From Candidatus Latescibacterota bacterium (GTDB lineage: Bacteria > Latescibacterota > UBA2968 > UBA8231), in contig OZ253462.1 of assembly GCA_965261395.1 (NCBI GenBank), forward strand, positions 3,520,001 to 3,584,000: a stretch of DNA of 64,000 nucleotides. The letters are read 5' to 3'. Shown one piece after another: positions 38,474-48,054 of the stretch; position 1 is the first letter of the stretch; each line of letters opens with the position of its first letter. Under the pieces are notes generated by a model that ran no database searches, was not told the DNA's origin, and worked only from the letters and a program-made list of their open reading frames with translations. The translations under genes were made by a program, and so were the position numbers.

Positions 38474-39118
38474 ATGGTACAAATAGCACCGCTAGATCGC
38501 TCTCACCTTCCCCAGGTCTTGGCGCTTGTCAACAGTCATCTTAGCACCGCGATACCTGGGTGGAGCTTGACTGCCGATTACTTTTGGGAGCGCCTGAAGA
38601 GCGAGCCGCAGGAGTACATCACTGATCCTTGGGTTGTCGAAAGAAAGTCCATTGTTGGCATAGTCAGGGATCGCGTTTGCGCGGCGGCGCATCTCCTCCG
38701 ATACGGCGACGACACGCGCTATAAGGGAGTTGGAGACATTGACTGGATCTTGTTCTGGCCCGGAGAGCGCGAAGCTGGCGCGGCGGTCCTGACGGAGTGC
38801 CGGCACCAGATGAACGCTTGGCAGGTAGTGGACGAGCAGATTTCGGGTCCATTTCTCACGGAAGGCGGCCAATTGCCTGCATTGGCAGGATGGGCTGAGC
38901 TTTCAGAGGTCGAAACGAGTGAAACGATGCGAAATCAGGGAGTCGGTTCGTGGGTCGTCCGGCACGCCGTTGAATGGCTACGGCTAGCTAAGTGCGATCG
39001 GATCGTGCTGTCTGTTGCACGAGATGATGAAAAAGCAGGCGCAGGAAGGTTCTACAAGCGGTTTGGCTGGATGCCGCTGGTGCGACAAAAGCACTGGCGA
39101 AGACAGACAGAAAAATAA
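38474..39118 (+). CDS. GNAT-family N-acetyltransferase (possibly internally shortened)
   Basis: Acetyl-CoA motif RNQGVGSW and GRFYKRFGW; start ATG 38474 behind GAGGA. Confidence 0.7.
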   Translation: MVQIAPLDRSHLPQVLALVNSHLSTAIPGWSLTADYFWERLKSEPQEYITDPWVVERKSIVGIVRDRVCAAAHLLRYGDDTRYKGVGDIDWILFWPGEREAGAAVLTECRHQMNAWQVVDEQISGPFLTEGGQLPALAGWAELSEVETSETMRNQGVGSWVVRHAVEWLRLAKCDRIVLSVARDDEKAGAGRFYKRFGWMPLVRQKHWRRQTEK

Positions 39119-39249
39119 TGGTGAAACTCGACGAGTGGGTGGCGCCGCCAACATTTTGACGTTGATACAAGGCACGGTATTTTCCTTGCGCCGTGGTTGC
39201 TGGTCAAAACTACGCTATTTCCCAATCATCCCCTAACCGGAGCTTCGCC

Positions 39250-40614
39250 ATGACCGTGCCCATCGCCTTGGGATCCCGCCGCGAATTATTCGTCGATCAC
39301 TTTCTCATTGAACACCTCAATGGGGCCGCTCTGCACCTGCACTCGCCTATCCGTCGCGAAGTGGTCTATCAAGTCTCTCAGCCCTGGGACAATGCCTGCA
39401 CGGGCTGCTACAATCTCACTCAGGATGGGGGCCGCATTCTTCTGTACTACCGAGGTTTTTACCCCATCGGCGCGGACTACGCCGACGGTGCGGCCAGCCA
39501 GACCACTAACTTGGCCGTCAGCACCGATGGCATCCACTTTACACACCCTGAACTGGGCTTGGTCGAATTCAATGGCACTCGCAAAAACAACGTCCTTATC
39601 CAGGGCCACGAGAGCCACAATTTCTGCGTCTTTCTCGACGATAATCCCGCGGCCGATCCGGCGCAGCGCTTCAAAGCCGTGGGCGGCACGGGCCAGTCCA
39701 ACTTGCACGGCTTTGCCTCGCCCGACGGCCTCCATTGGACTCCGGTCAAAGACGGCCCCTTGGACGTCACTGGTGCCTTTGACTCGGTCAACGTCGCCCT
39801 GTGGGACCCTCACATTGGGCGCTATCGCCTCTTTAGCCGCTACTTCGACTCCACCGGCGGCCGGGTGCGGGCCATCCAGAGCTGTACCTCCGAGGACTTC
39901 ATCCACTGGACGCCGCCGCAGTCCCACCAGTACGCCGACGACGTGCCGCTGGAGCACTTCTACACCAACGCCACCACGCCTTGCCCTGGTGCCGAGCACA
40001 TCCTGCTGTCGTTTCCCATGCGCTTTTTGCCCGAGCGTCAGCTCGACATCGCGGCGATGGATTACCCCGGGGCAGGCCTGTCTGACGCGGTGTTTATGAG
40101 CAGCCGCGACGGCGTTCACTGGGACCGCCCCTTCATGGAAGCTTGGGTGCGCCCCGGCACGGATCAGCGCAACTGGTCCCACCGCAGTTGCACACCCGCC
40201 CCCGGCTTGGTGCAAACGGCTCCCGACGAATGGTCCATGTACATTTCGGAAAACTATGGCTGGTCAACAAACCGCTTGCGCCGCGTGGTGGTGCGCCCGC
40301 ATGGTTTTGCCTCGGTGCGGGCCGGGTATAGAGCCGGTGAATTGCTCACTCGTCCCTTGCTGTTGGAAGGGGTTGCCCTGCGCCTCAACTACGCGACCTC
40401 GGCGGCGGGGTCGCTGCGGGTGGAACTTCAGGACGAGTCGGGCCAGCCCCTGCCTGGGTATGCTTTGGAGGAGATGGACCCGGTCTACGGCGACCAACTC
40501 GACGCGCCAGTGGCTTGGAAAACTGGCGGCGACTTGTCCGGGCTCAAGGGCCGTCCGGTGCGCTTGCGGGTGGTGTTACAGGACGCTGATTTGTTTGCCG
40601 TGCGGGCCGCGTGA
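39250..40614 (+). CDS. Five-bladed beta-propeller glycoside-hydrolase-like protein (GH32/GH43 fold) with C-terminal beta-sandwich
   Basis: RELFVD, STDGIHF, SPDGLHW, FDSVNVALWD, SRDGVHW, HGFASV; start ATG 39250 behind GGAG. Confidence 0.7.
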   Translation: MTVPIALGSRRELFVDHFLIEHLNGAALHLHSPIRREVVYQVSQPWDNACTGCYNLTQDGGRILLYYRGFYPIGADYADGAASQTTNLAVSTDGIHFTHPELGLVEFNGTRKNNVLIQGHESHNFCVFLDDNPAADPAQRFKAVGGTGQSNLHGFASPDGLHWTPVKDGPLDVTGAFDSVNVALWDPHIGRYRLFSRYFDSTGGRVRAIQSCTSEDFIHWTPPQSHQYADDVPLEHFYTNATTPCPGAEHILLSFPMRFLPERQLDIAAMDYPGAGLSDAVFMSSRDGVHWDRPFMEAWVRPGTDQRNWSHRSCTPAPGLVQTAPDEWSMYISENYGWSTNRLRRVVVRPHGFASVRAGYRAGELLTRPLLLEGVALRLNYATSAAGSLRVELQDESGQPLPGYALEEMDPVYGDQLDAPVAWKTGGDLSGLKGRPVRLRVVLQDADLFAVRAA

Positions 40615-40619
40615 GACCG

Positions 40620-41382
40620 TTACGAGTTATTACCTCGCAGTCTTACGGCGTTGATATAACCTTTTCCGCTTTCTTCAATATCCCGGACAAGGGAGAGCGG
40701 ATTGACGGATTTTTTTAACCAAATATCAAATACAACGACGGCTGTTCCATCCTCATTATGGATCACGTCTGCTACCTGCCAGCGCTTGGTACTGGACGTT
40801 AGGATCAACTCCGTTGCTTTTTGCACCTCATCGACCTGCGCTGCATGCACTTCGATCTGAGCGTCACAGGGTTTATTAGCGGCAATGGCCGTGTCGCTCG
40901 TTTCAGAGACTTGGGCCGATTTTTCAGGATAAAGAATGGTCCAGTCGGATATTACTGCCGGCCGCGCGCCAAAATTGCTTTTCCACACACCCAGCGCTAT
41001 GGCGACAAAAACCAACGATGCGAGGTACGCCACGGTAGTAAGCTGGGTGCCAGCCGCCAGCCCTATCCCGATGGCCATAAACATGTACACGGCATCCATT
41101 GGCTCTTCGAGTGAGGTGCGAAAGCGCACGGCGGCCACGATGCCCGCCAAGCTGAACGCAAGGGCAAGGCTACCCTTAACCAAAAAAACGACCAGCGTTA
41201 TGGAGGTAGGTATCACGAGCAGGGTGTGTGCAAAGGATTGACTGTATTTCTTGCGCGGCCGCGTCCAGCGATATACCCAAGTAATAGGGAGCATAACCCC
41301 GAAGGCCAGCACCAAAGCGACCATGATCGGAATGGTGTGTGCCGGATCGACGAGCCGGGCCACCCCTTCTTCGATATTGCCG
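40620..41382 (-). pseudogene. DUF4956 membrane protein, probably 5'-truncated
   Basis: SLALAFSLAGIVAAVRFR and AIGIGLAAG motifs; the first ~20 codons of the ORF (to 41441) are Omp85 coding sequence read in another frame. Confidence 0.6.
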
Positions 41383-44001
41383 TCGTCGAAGAAAAGACAG
41401 CCATAATCCACCTCCCACGCCAGTGTGCCAACTGTCAGCATCGTCTGGATCTTCGGCGAAAATCACCCGGCCGACATCAGCCGCACTGAACAGGCCCAAC
41501 TCTCCCGGCACTAAAAGCTTGATTTTGGCCAGCACCAGCCGCAGTTCAGAATTGCCATACAGTGCGGTATCTCCTGCGAACCGGTTCTTCCGAAAACCAC
41601 GTAAATTGCCATTGGATGTGCCACTACCGGCTAAGCCGGGTCCGCCTAGGAAGGCGCTCTCGTGGAAGGGGAAGGTCCCCCCCACTTTCTTGCCGCCCGC
41701 TCTTAAGGCAAGGGTCGGGCTAGTCGGAATGCGAGCCGTCAGGTATGCGCGCGTCTCCCCATCTAGGCTGCCAAAGGCCGACTCCACATCCCAAACTCCC
41801 GGATAGATGGCTCCGGCAACTCTGACAAAGAACCCCCGAGTAGCATATCCTGGATTGTTGCGCGTATCGTACGCGATTTCACCCTGTGCTCCTACTTGGC
41901 CGAAGGAATCTGTGCCGTACACCGGGTGATCCAGAGAACCGATAAATTTGTCCTTATTGGAACTTAGCGGCGTGTTTGCATACTTGATGATCGGCCCCAA
42001 GCTAATGATTAATTCCGAGCGCAGCGATTCCATCCCTTCCATATCTCCTTCACGCTCTCCCGCGCGAAACTCAAGGGATGGTGCGAAAGCGAAATAGTTT
42101 TGCTCCACTTCATAGAAAGAAGACGACTCTGGAATCTCCGTTTTATTACCGAGTCCGTTGAACCGGATTACTTGGATTCTGGAATATTTGAGATGGACTT
42201 TAGCGTCGAGATTGAGCAGCAGTTGGCGGAAGGTTCCGGTATAGGAAATAGATGACTTGAGACGATTGATCGCCAATCCGGCGTTGAAGGAATGGCTCGA
42301 AGAGAAAGGGGTTTTTCGATAGCCGAAATACTGCCGGCTGCCGAGACCTCCTACGAACACGCTCAGATCTGGATTGGCCATAAGGATCGGGAGCGTAATC
42401 GCCTGCATGCCCCAGTCCAGTGCATACCGCGCGCGGAGAATCCGTGCGGGAGGACGCTTGTAGGGGCGCTTGTCGATTTTCGCGCCCTTGCCTTTGGTGA
42501 ACCGATTTTTCCCACGATAATCGTAAAACCGGGTCTTTGCGGCACTAGCTTGGGATGAATTTGTGGACGCGTCGTCCCCGCCTCCGCCGTCGATGCGGAC
42601 GGCAATTCGTCCCTTGGCCCCTGCTATCTCCACGCGGTCGGCTCCCCCTCGAAGGTATATGCGGACTTCCCGGGTTTCTTGGGGGTGGAACGTCCGCTGG
42701 AAATAGGGCGTCTTCCTTGCTCCATCAGGACCTTCCATGAGGCCGATGCGGACTGAGAGATCGCCGCTCGGCAGGTGTTCACAGTGGGCGTACTCGTCCT
42801 GATCGGTCGCTTGGATTTCGGCCTCGCGGGTAATCAACGCATAGTATCGGCTGGCAAATTCAGGCAATGCGTCCCGCCGCGATTTGAGCGCCTTTGTAAG
42901 AGCTTCTCCTACGATCTTGTAATACGGCGGGGGGAGCTTTCGCACGGCATCCTCGATGATCGGGTCTGGAAGGTCCCGGCGAAACGCCGTTACGACCGAA
43001 TCCCATGCCGTCTTATTGAGTTCGACTAGGAACTGGCGATCCAGCTCCCAGCCCGTAGTCGATAGGCCCACCAGACTCGGATACGCGTCGTCGAACTCGA
43101 TTTGCATCGGAAGCCCTCTACGCGCCACAGCCATGCCAAACCCGTCGAGGTCGACAAAGGCTTGGTCGCGATCCTCTGGTATGGGCAGCCAAGTATAACA
43201 ATCGCCAGCGGGGAACCGCGCCCATCGCCACTGACCGTAGTGGCGATCCCTGTCGTTGATGAGAAAATCCATCAGCCTCGCCTTTAGATAGGCGCGGGCA
43301 TCGACGCGGTTGCAGGGACTTTTTCCCAAGCGCTGCCACAGCTTCTCCGTGCCGCTGATCTTGCGGGAACCGGCAAAGCCGGGCGTATCGTCCGGCCCTT
43401 CAGAAGGGTGTTCCTGTAGCATTCCTATAAGGCCGGCAAATTCCTCGCGGCACTCCTTCAGCCTAAGATCATCTGGAATAACTACGAGCGTATGCTTGGC
43501 GTGAAGGATACCGGTGGCTTCCATTAGCGGATCGACCACGAGCGCCCCGGTGGGCAGCAGCGCACTGATCATGTCCTGCAGGACGTCGTCCACGACCGTA
43601 TTCTTGAGTTCGTCCCATTTCCTTTTGATAGGATCTTTATCCAGAGAGCGAACCGTATATCGGCGGCCATCTTCCCCTGTAAAGTGCAGAGAGATGGACT
43701 GTCCGGCTCCGCCGGTGCGAAGCGGTGTCAAGCCACCTCCTACACGGTCGAGGTCGAGGACCGCAACCTCGATGGGGGTGGTCCAGAGATCTCGGTAATC
43801 GCTGCCGTAGAGCCAGCGTTTGAACCCGCCGGCGCGGAACCTTTCCCCTATAATCATTACGTGGGTTTTGGCACCCTGCGGAGGAATAGAGCGGTGAATT
43901 CTGTATCCTGGAGGGGGGGATTCTTCCGCGGCTGATTCTGCTGGAATGGAAACGGCGAGCACCAACGAGAGTACTATGGGAATCCGCTTGGAAAATACCA
44001 T
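41176..44001 (-). CDS. Atypical kinase-like domain fused to an Omp85/BamA-TamA barrel; natural C-terminus apparently lost
   Basis: Signal peptide; DFLINDRDRHYGQW and EDRDQAF motifs; barrel motifs YDTRNN, LRGFRKNRFAG, ADVGRV, GVGGGLW; last ~65 aa are out-of-frame DUF4956 sequence. Confidence 0.7.
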   Translation of the reverse strand: MVFSKRIPIVLSLVLAVSIPAESAAEESPPPGYRIHRSIPPQGAKTHVMIIGERFRAGGFKRWLYGSDYRDLWTTPIEVAVLDLDRVGGGLTPLRTGGAGQSISLHFTGEDGRRYTVRSLDKDPIKRKWDELKNTVVDDVLQDMISALLPTGALVVDPLMEATGILHAKHTLVVIPDDLRLKECREEFAGLIGMLQEHPSEGPDDTPGFAGSRKISGTEKLWQRLGKSPCNRVDARAYLKARLMDFLINDRDRHYGQWRWARFPAGDCYTWLPIPEDRDQAFVDLDGFGMAVARRGLPMQIEFDDAYPSLVGLSTTGWELDRQFLVELNKTAWDSVVTAFRRDLPDPIIEDAVRKLPPPYYKIVGEALTKALKSRRDALPEFASRYYALITREAEIQATDQDEYAHCEHLPSGDLSVRIGLMEGPDGARKTPYFQRTFHPQETREVRIYLRGGADRVEIAGAKGRIAVRIDGGGGDDASTNSSQASAAKTRFYDYRGKNRFTKGKGAKIDKRPYKRPPARILRARYALDWGMQAITLPILMANPDLSVFVGGLGSRQYFGYRKTPFSSSHSFNAGLAINRLKSSISYTGTFRQLLLNLDAKVHLKYSRIQVIRFNGLGNKTEIPESSSFYEVEQNYFAFAPSLEFRAGEREGDMEGMESLRSELIISLGPIIKYANTPLSSNKDKFIGSLDHPVYGTDSFGQVGAQGEIAYDTRNNPGYATRGFFVRVAGAIYPGVWDVESAFGSLDGETRAYLTARIPTSPTLALRAGGKKVGGTFPFHESAFLGGPGLAGSGTSNGNLRGFRKNRFAGDTALYGNSELRLVLAKIKLLVPGELGLFSAADVGRVIFAEDPDDADSWHTGVGGGLWLSFLRRRQYRRRGGPARRSGTHHSDHGRFGAGLRGYAPYYLGISLDAAAQEIQSILCTHPARDTYLHNAGRFFG

Positions 44002-44101
44002 TTTTAGAAATCTTGTAGAGTTCTGATTCGGTCGCCGAAGTTATGGACGGCGGTAGGCGGCTCGGCTCGCAACTTTTAAGTTAGCATTCAAGAAAGGACA
44101 C

Positions 44102-44284
44102 CACGCGGCCGAACAGTGTCCTGTTTTTCCGGGGCGCGCCCGGGTGGTGCACCGGGCCTTTGACGATCCGCCGAAGCTGGCGCGGGATGCGCGCAGTGAA
44201 GAAGAAGCGCTGGGGGCATATCGGCGAGTGCGCGACGAGATCGGTGCTTATATCGAAACCTTGCCCGAGGGATTGGCGGGTTAA
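44102..44284 (+). pseudogene. arsC: 3' remnant of arsenate reductase (thioredoxin-coupled, LMW-PTP family)
   Basis: Manual translation HAAEQCPVFPGRARVVHRAFDDPPKLARDARSEEEALGAYRRVRDEIGAYIETLPEGLAG*; no start codon and no CTGNSCRS P-loop upstream. Confidence 0.8.
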
Positions 44285-44290
44285 ACGCGT

Positions 44291-45532
44291 TCAGCCGGGC
44301 ACCACGGGCTGTTCGCGGTTCTGTTTCACTAAGGGTCGGTTGCCGTCGGCCTCGACGACAAAGCTCTGCTCCATGTGCAAAGAAGCCCGCCCCGGCGCAA
44401 AGATCATCGCCTCTAGGTTGAGTACCATGCCGGCCTCCAGCGGCAAATCCGCAGCCTCGTCAACGCATCCATCGGCGATGCGACCGCCCTTGTCCGGCAC
44501 CAAGATGGGATAGTCCCGCACTTCGAGGCCGACGCCGTGGCCGTGGGGAAAGGAGGCCGCTACGCCGCGCCCGCCGAGAACGTCCCCCATAGCTTTCGGT
44601 GCGTCCGAGGCCTTGGCACCGACTTGTAGAGCAGTCTGCCCGGCCCGCATGCACTCGTATAACGCTTGGTATTTGCCGACCCATTCTCCTTCCAGCCCGC
44701 CCACCGCCAGCGTCACTCCGCTGTCCGAGCAATAGTTGCGGTATAGACAACCGTAGTCCACGTACAGGGCGTCGCCCGCTATCAGGGAGTAGTCCGGCTC
44801 TGTGGCCAGCCCCAAGCCCCGAATGCCATAGGCAAAGTGATCGACATCCGCGCCCAAGAGCCCGATTTCGGCCCGGAAGCGCTGCTGCATATCGCGCAGG
44901 TGCACGCCGGGCCGAGCCTCTGCGAAAGCAGCGGCGGCAGCCTGCTCGCCAATGCGCGCTGCCTCGGCCAACAGCGCCTGTTCGGCGGGGCTTTTGACCA
45001 TGCGGATTAGGCGGATCATGTTGGAGCAATCGACTAGTTCGGCCTTGGGTAAAGCTGCTCGCACCGCGGCCAACAGCGCCGCTGGTACGCCTTCCGTCTC
45101 TATGCCCAATCGCGCTTCGGCCAAGCCCGCTTGCCGCACCAGATGCACTAGGGCATCTACCGCCGTTGCTTCCGAGCGCACCTCCCGCAACTGCTGCCAC
45201 AACTGCCGCTGCGCCTCGTCCATCGGCCCCAAGGGTGTGCCCCACTCAAAAGGCGCATCGCCCCAAGGACACAGATCCACAGGCAAGTCCAAGGCATTGA
45301 CCGCCAATAGCGGGGACACGGTCAGGCCGGGGCGTCCTGTGGGCTGATGCAAGGCAAACGCGGGCAGCAAATCGCCGCTGCCGCCGGGCTTGACCATGAA
45401 TTCCTTGAACTGCCCGTCCAGCCAGCAATGGTAATCAGTGAAATAGGTGATGTTGACCGGCGAACTAGCAATGATTCCGTCTAGGCCGCAGTGTTGCATA
45501 TAGGCGGCGGCTCTAGGGGCATTACACGGCAT
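44291..45532 (-). CDS. Xaa-Pro peptidase / creatinase (M24) family
   Basis: NITYFTD, IRMVKSPAE, VDYG...SDSG, HGHGVGLE, NLE, HMEQ. Confidence 0.88.
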   Translation of the reverse strand: MPCNAPRAAAYMQHCGLDGIIASSPVNITYFTDYHCWLDGQFKEFMVKPGGSGDLLPAFALHQPTGRPGLTVSPLLAVNALDLPVDLCPWGDAPFEWGTPLGPMDEAQRQLWQQLREVRSEATAVDALVHLVRQAGLAEARLGIETEGVPAALLAAVRAALPKAELVDCSNMIRLIRMVKSPAEQALLAEAARIGEQAAAAAFAEARPGVHLRDMQQRFRAEIGLLGADVDHFAYGIRGLGLATEPDYSLIAGDALYVDYGCLYRNYCSDSGVTLAVGGLEGEWVGKYQALYECMRAGQTALQVGAKASDAPKAMGDVLGGRGVAASFPHGHGVGLEVRDYPILVPDKGGRIADGCVDEAADLPLEAGMVLNLEAMIFAPGRASLHMEQSFVVEADGNRPLVKQNREQPVVPG

Positions 45533-45554
45533 AAGGTTTTTCTTTCTCTACGAG

Positions 45555-46136
45555 TCAGAACAGAATGCGGGCCCTCAGAACCGGTATAGGGTTCCTTCGC
45601 TGATCAAGAGCCACGTCAAGCACGGGACTGATCCGCGATACTCCGCTCATAAACGGTGTTGGAATGGCCTCCCATTCTTCGCTTCGCACAATTGCGCCAA
45701 TGACCAACCCCGTGAGCCCTAGGTACGTGCCCAACACAGTGCTGCCTAAAATCGCTTCTGCAGTGGTTATTCTATCGCACCCGATGTGGGGGGTGCAGTA
45801 CGGGCCAACGGCCAAACTGAGGAATAGTCCCCCAAGGGCACCAGCACCAAACCCGATCGCGAATCCGCGTTTCTTATAGGTCTGGGTCCCAAGGCTCTGC
45901 TCCAGCAGTTCTATTTCGCTGTGCACGATGGAACGGGATTTGCCACCCCATAGTCTGAGGTCAAATCCGCTCTGGCTCGTCGCCGACACGGTCCCAGTCA
46001 TCGTTTCCCCGTCTAAGGTCACACGCAGACGCTCGCCTCCGCGCTGTCCGTAAAGGGGGGCAGGAAAGCTCATAGCGGTCAAGGCTATTATGCTGACAAG
46101 GACGGTGAATCGCTGCAATGGTCTCATGTCTATCAT
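45555..46136 (-). CDS. Hypothetical exported/membrane protein with Gly-rich helices
   Basis: Signal peptide from ATG 46136; GFAIGFGAGALGG and GLTGLVIGA...EEWE. Confidence 0.55.
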   Translation of the reverse strand: MIDMRPLQRFTVLVSIIALTAMSFPAPLYGQRGGERLRVTLDGETMTGTVSATSQSGFDLRLWGGKSRSIVHSEIELLEQSLGTQTYKKRGFAIGFGAGALGGLFLSLAVGPYCTPHIGCDRITTAEAILGSTVLGTYLGLTGLVIGAIVRSEEWEAIPTPFMSGVSRISPVLDVALDQRRNPIPVLRARILF

Positions 46137-46173
46137 AAGAATGCCTGCTTGAGCTATATGAATGTGCGCCGTC

Positions 46174-46989
46174 TCATTTGACGACGACCATTTTGCGCAC
46201 GTGGGCGACCGGGCCGGCCTGCAAGCGGTACAGATACACGCCGCTGGCGACGCGCTGGCCGCGATAGTCGCGTCCATCCCAATGGGCGGCGCTAGTGCTC
46301 GTCAAATACTGACCCGCTGCGCGATAGCCCAAGTCGATTTCTCGAACTAAGGCCCCCCGGACATCGTAGATACTCAAGTGCACATGGGCGAGGGCGTGGA
46401 GTTGATAGGGGATATAGGTGTCTGGGTTGAAGGGGTTAGGGAAGTTGGCTAGCAGCGCCGTCTGCGTCGGTAGCGGCGGCGAAGATTGAATTGCCGTTGG
46501 TGTAGAGGGGGTGATGTAGGGCGACATATCCCACAGTAGAATCGTGCCGTCCCGACTCCCACTGGCCAAGGCTTTTCCATCTGGCGAGAACGCCACGGAA
46601 AAGACCTGATTTGTATGGCCCTTGAGGGTTGTATGGAGTTGGCTGGTGCCCACATCCCACAACCGAATCGTGTTGCCCCCTCCTCCGCTGGCCAGCGTGG
46701 TTCCATCCGGCGAGAACGCTACGGTAGTGACCGCACCTATATGTCCCGTGAGCAAGGCGACTTCGTCAAAGGTGTATGCATCGTAGATCCAGATGCCGAT
46801 ATTACTAGCTACCGCGAGTCGCGTCCCGGCGGGCGAATACGCGATAGTCCCATTTATCGATCCTTTACCAAGACTGGCAATGGCACCTTCGGGCAAACTC
46901 AAGCGAGTATGGTCTTGGGCGCGGCTGTCCGGAACACACAGGACACAGACCAGCAACAGGAAGACGTTGAACAGCCGGATATTTTGCAT
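46174..46989 (-). CDS. Short WD40-repeat protein with T9SS type-A-like/FlgD-Ig CTD
   Basis: LPEGAIASLGKG, GH...VAFSPDG..LASG...LWD repeats, TALLANFPNPFNP, AAHWDGRD...ASGVYLY. Confidence 0.85.
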   Translation of the reverse strand: MQNIRLFNVFLLLVCVLCVPDSRAQDHTRLSLPEGAIASLGKGSINGTIAYSPAGTRLAVASNIGIWIYDAYTFDEVALLTGHIGAVTTVAFSPDGTTLASGGGGNTIRLWDVGTSQLHTTLKGHTNQVFSVAFSPDGKALASGSRDGTILLWDMSPYITPSTPTAIQSSPPLPTQTALLANFPNPFNPDTYIPYQLHALAHVHLSIYDVRGALVREIDLGYRAAGQYLTSTSAAHWDGRDYRGQRVASGVYLYRLQAGPVAHVRKMVVVK

Positions 46990-47151
46990 CTGGTTATGCT
47001 CCGTTTAAAGGAAGGGACTCGGCGAACGGAGAGGCTGGCCTGCAATCGCAAATATACGAACTAGCGACGCGCTGTTCCCTGATGTTAGCGCGGCACCGAC
47101 GAAAAATTGTAGATTATCACCGCACACTACCATCCATAAGGAGAACGCCTT

Positions 47152-48054
47152 ATGCAACTAAGTCCCGAACAGGTCGCCCAATTCGCGGAGAACGGCTATC
47201 TGCTGCTGCGCGGCGCGCTGACCGACGCCGACCTCGACCCGATCATCGCCGAGTACGAAGAGTACATCGGTCGCCGCGCCGAGGAGTTGTTGGCGGCCGG
47301 CGACATCTCGGCCCTGTATGCGGACGAACCCTTCGACCGCCGCCTCGTCTCGATCTGCCGCGAAGACGACGAGATCTACAGAGAGCTCGACATCATGCGC
47401 TTGCGCGGGCGAGCCTCGTTTGAATTTTTGCGCAATGACCGCCTGCTCGATATGGTCGAAAGCTTGGTCGGGCCGGAGATTACTTGTAGCCCCATCCAGC
47501 ACACCCGCGCCAAACTGCCTGCGGGTGTGACGCCAAGCGGCAGCGACCCGCACGTGGCCCCTTGGCACCAAGACGCCGGCGTTACTTGGGAGGAGGCCGA
47601 CCCGCACTTCATCCTCACGGTGTGGCTGCCGCTGTGCGCGGCGACGCCCGAAAACGGCTGTTTGCAGATCTTGCCGCGAGCACACCGGAACGGGCTGGTG
47701 CAGCACCACATCAAGCAGGGCCTTGGCACGGTGATCATCGACGACGAGATGCCGCAGACTGAGTCGCTTACCTTGCCGATGGACAAAGGCGACGTGCTGC
47801 TGATGGACAAGCAGACGCCGCATCGCTCGACGCCCAATAACGCAGACATGGTGCGCTGGAGCATGGACTTGCGCTATCAGCAGACGGGGACGCCGACCGG
47901 TCGCCCCTTCCATCCCGACTTCGTGGCCCGCAGCCGGTCCAACCCCGCGTCTGAGCTGAGGGACTACGACGAATGGTGTCGGCGGTGGGTTGAGTCGCTA
48001 GAGGCAGTGCAAGGACAGGGGGTTAAGGCGCATCGGTGGGCGGTCGTCCAGTAG
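47152..48054 (+). CDS. Phytanoyl-CoA dioxygenase (PhyH) family Fe/2OG oxygenase
   Basis: PWHQD, ENGCL, PHRS..N, RWSMDLRY; AAGGAG RBS. Confidence 0.92.
   Translation: MQLSPEQVAQFAENGYLLLRGALTDADLDPIIAEYEEYIGRRAEELLAAGDISALYADEPFDRRLVSICREDDEIYRELDIMRLRGRASFEFLRNDRLLDMVESLVGPEITCSPIQHTRAKLPAGVTPSGSDPHVAPWHQDAGVTWEEADPHFILTVWLPLCAATPENGCLQILPRAHRNGLVQHHIKQGLGTVIIDDEMPQTESLTLPMDKGDVLLMDKQTPHRSTPNNADMVRWSMDLRYQQTGTPTGRPFHPDFVARSRSNPASELRDYDEWCRRWVESLEAVQGQGVKAHRWAVVQ

Noticed and set aside
39286-40215. 309-aa minus and 263-aa plus alternative ORFs
   Set aside because: Overlap the GH-like gene; composition typical of off-frame translation.
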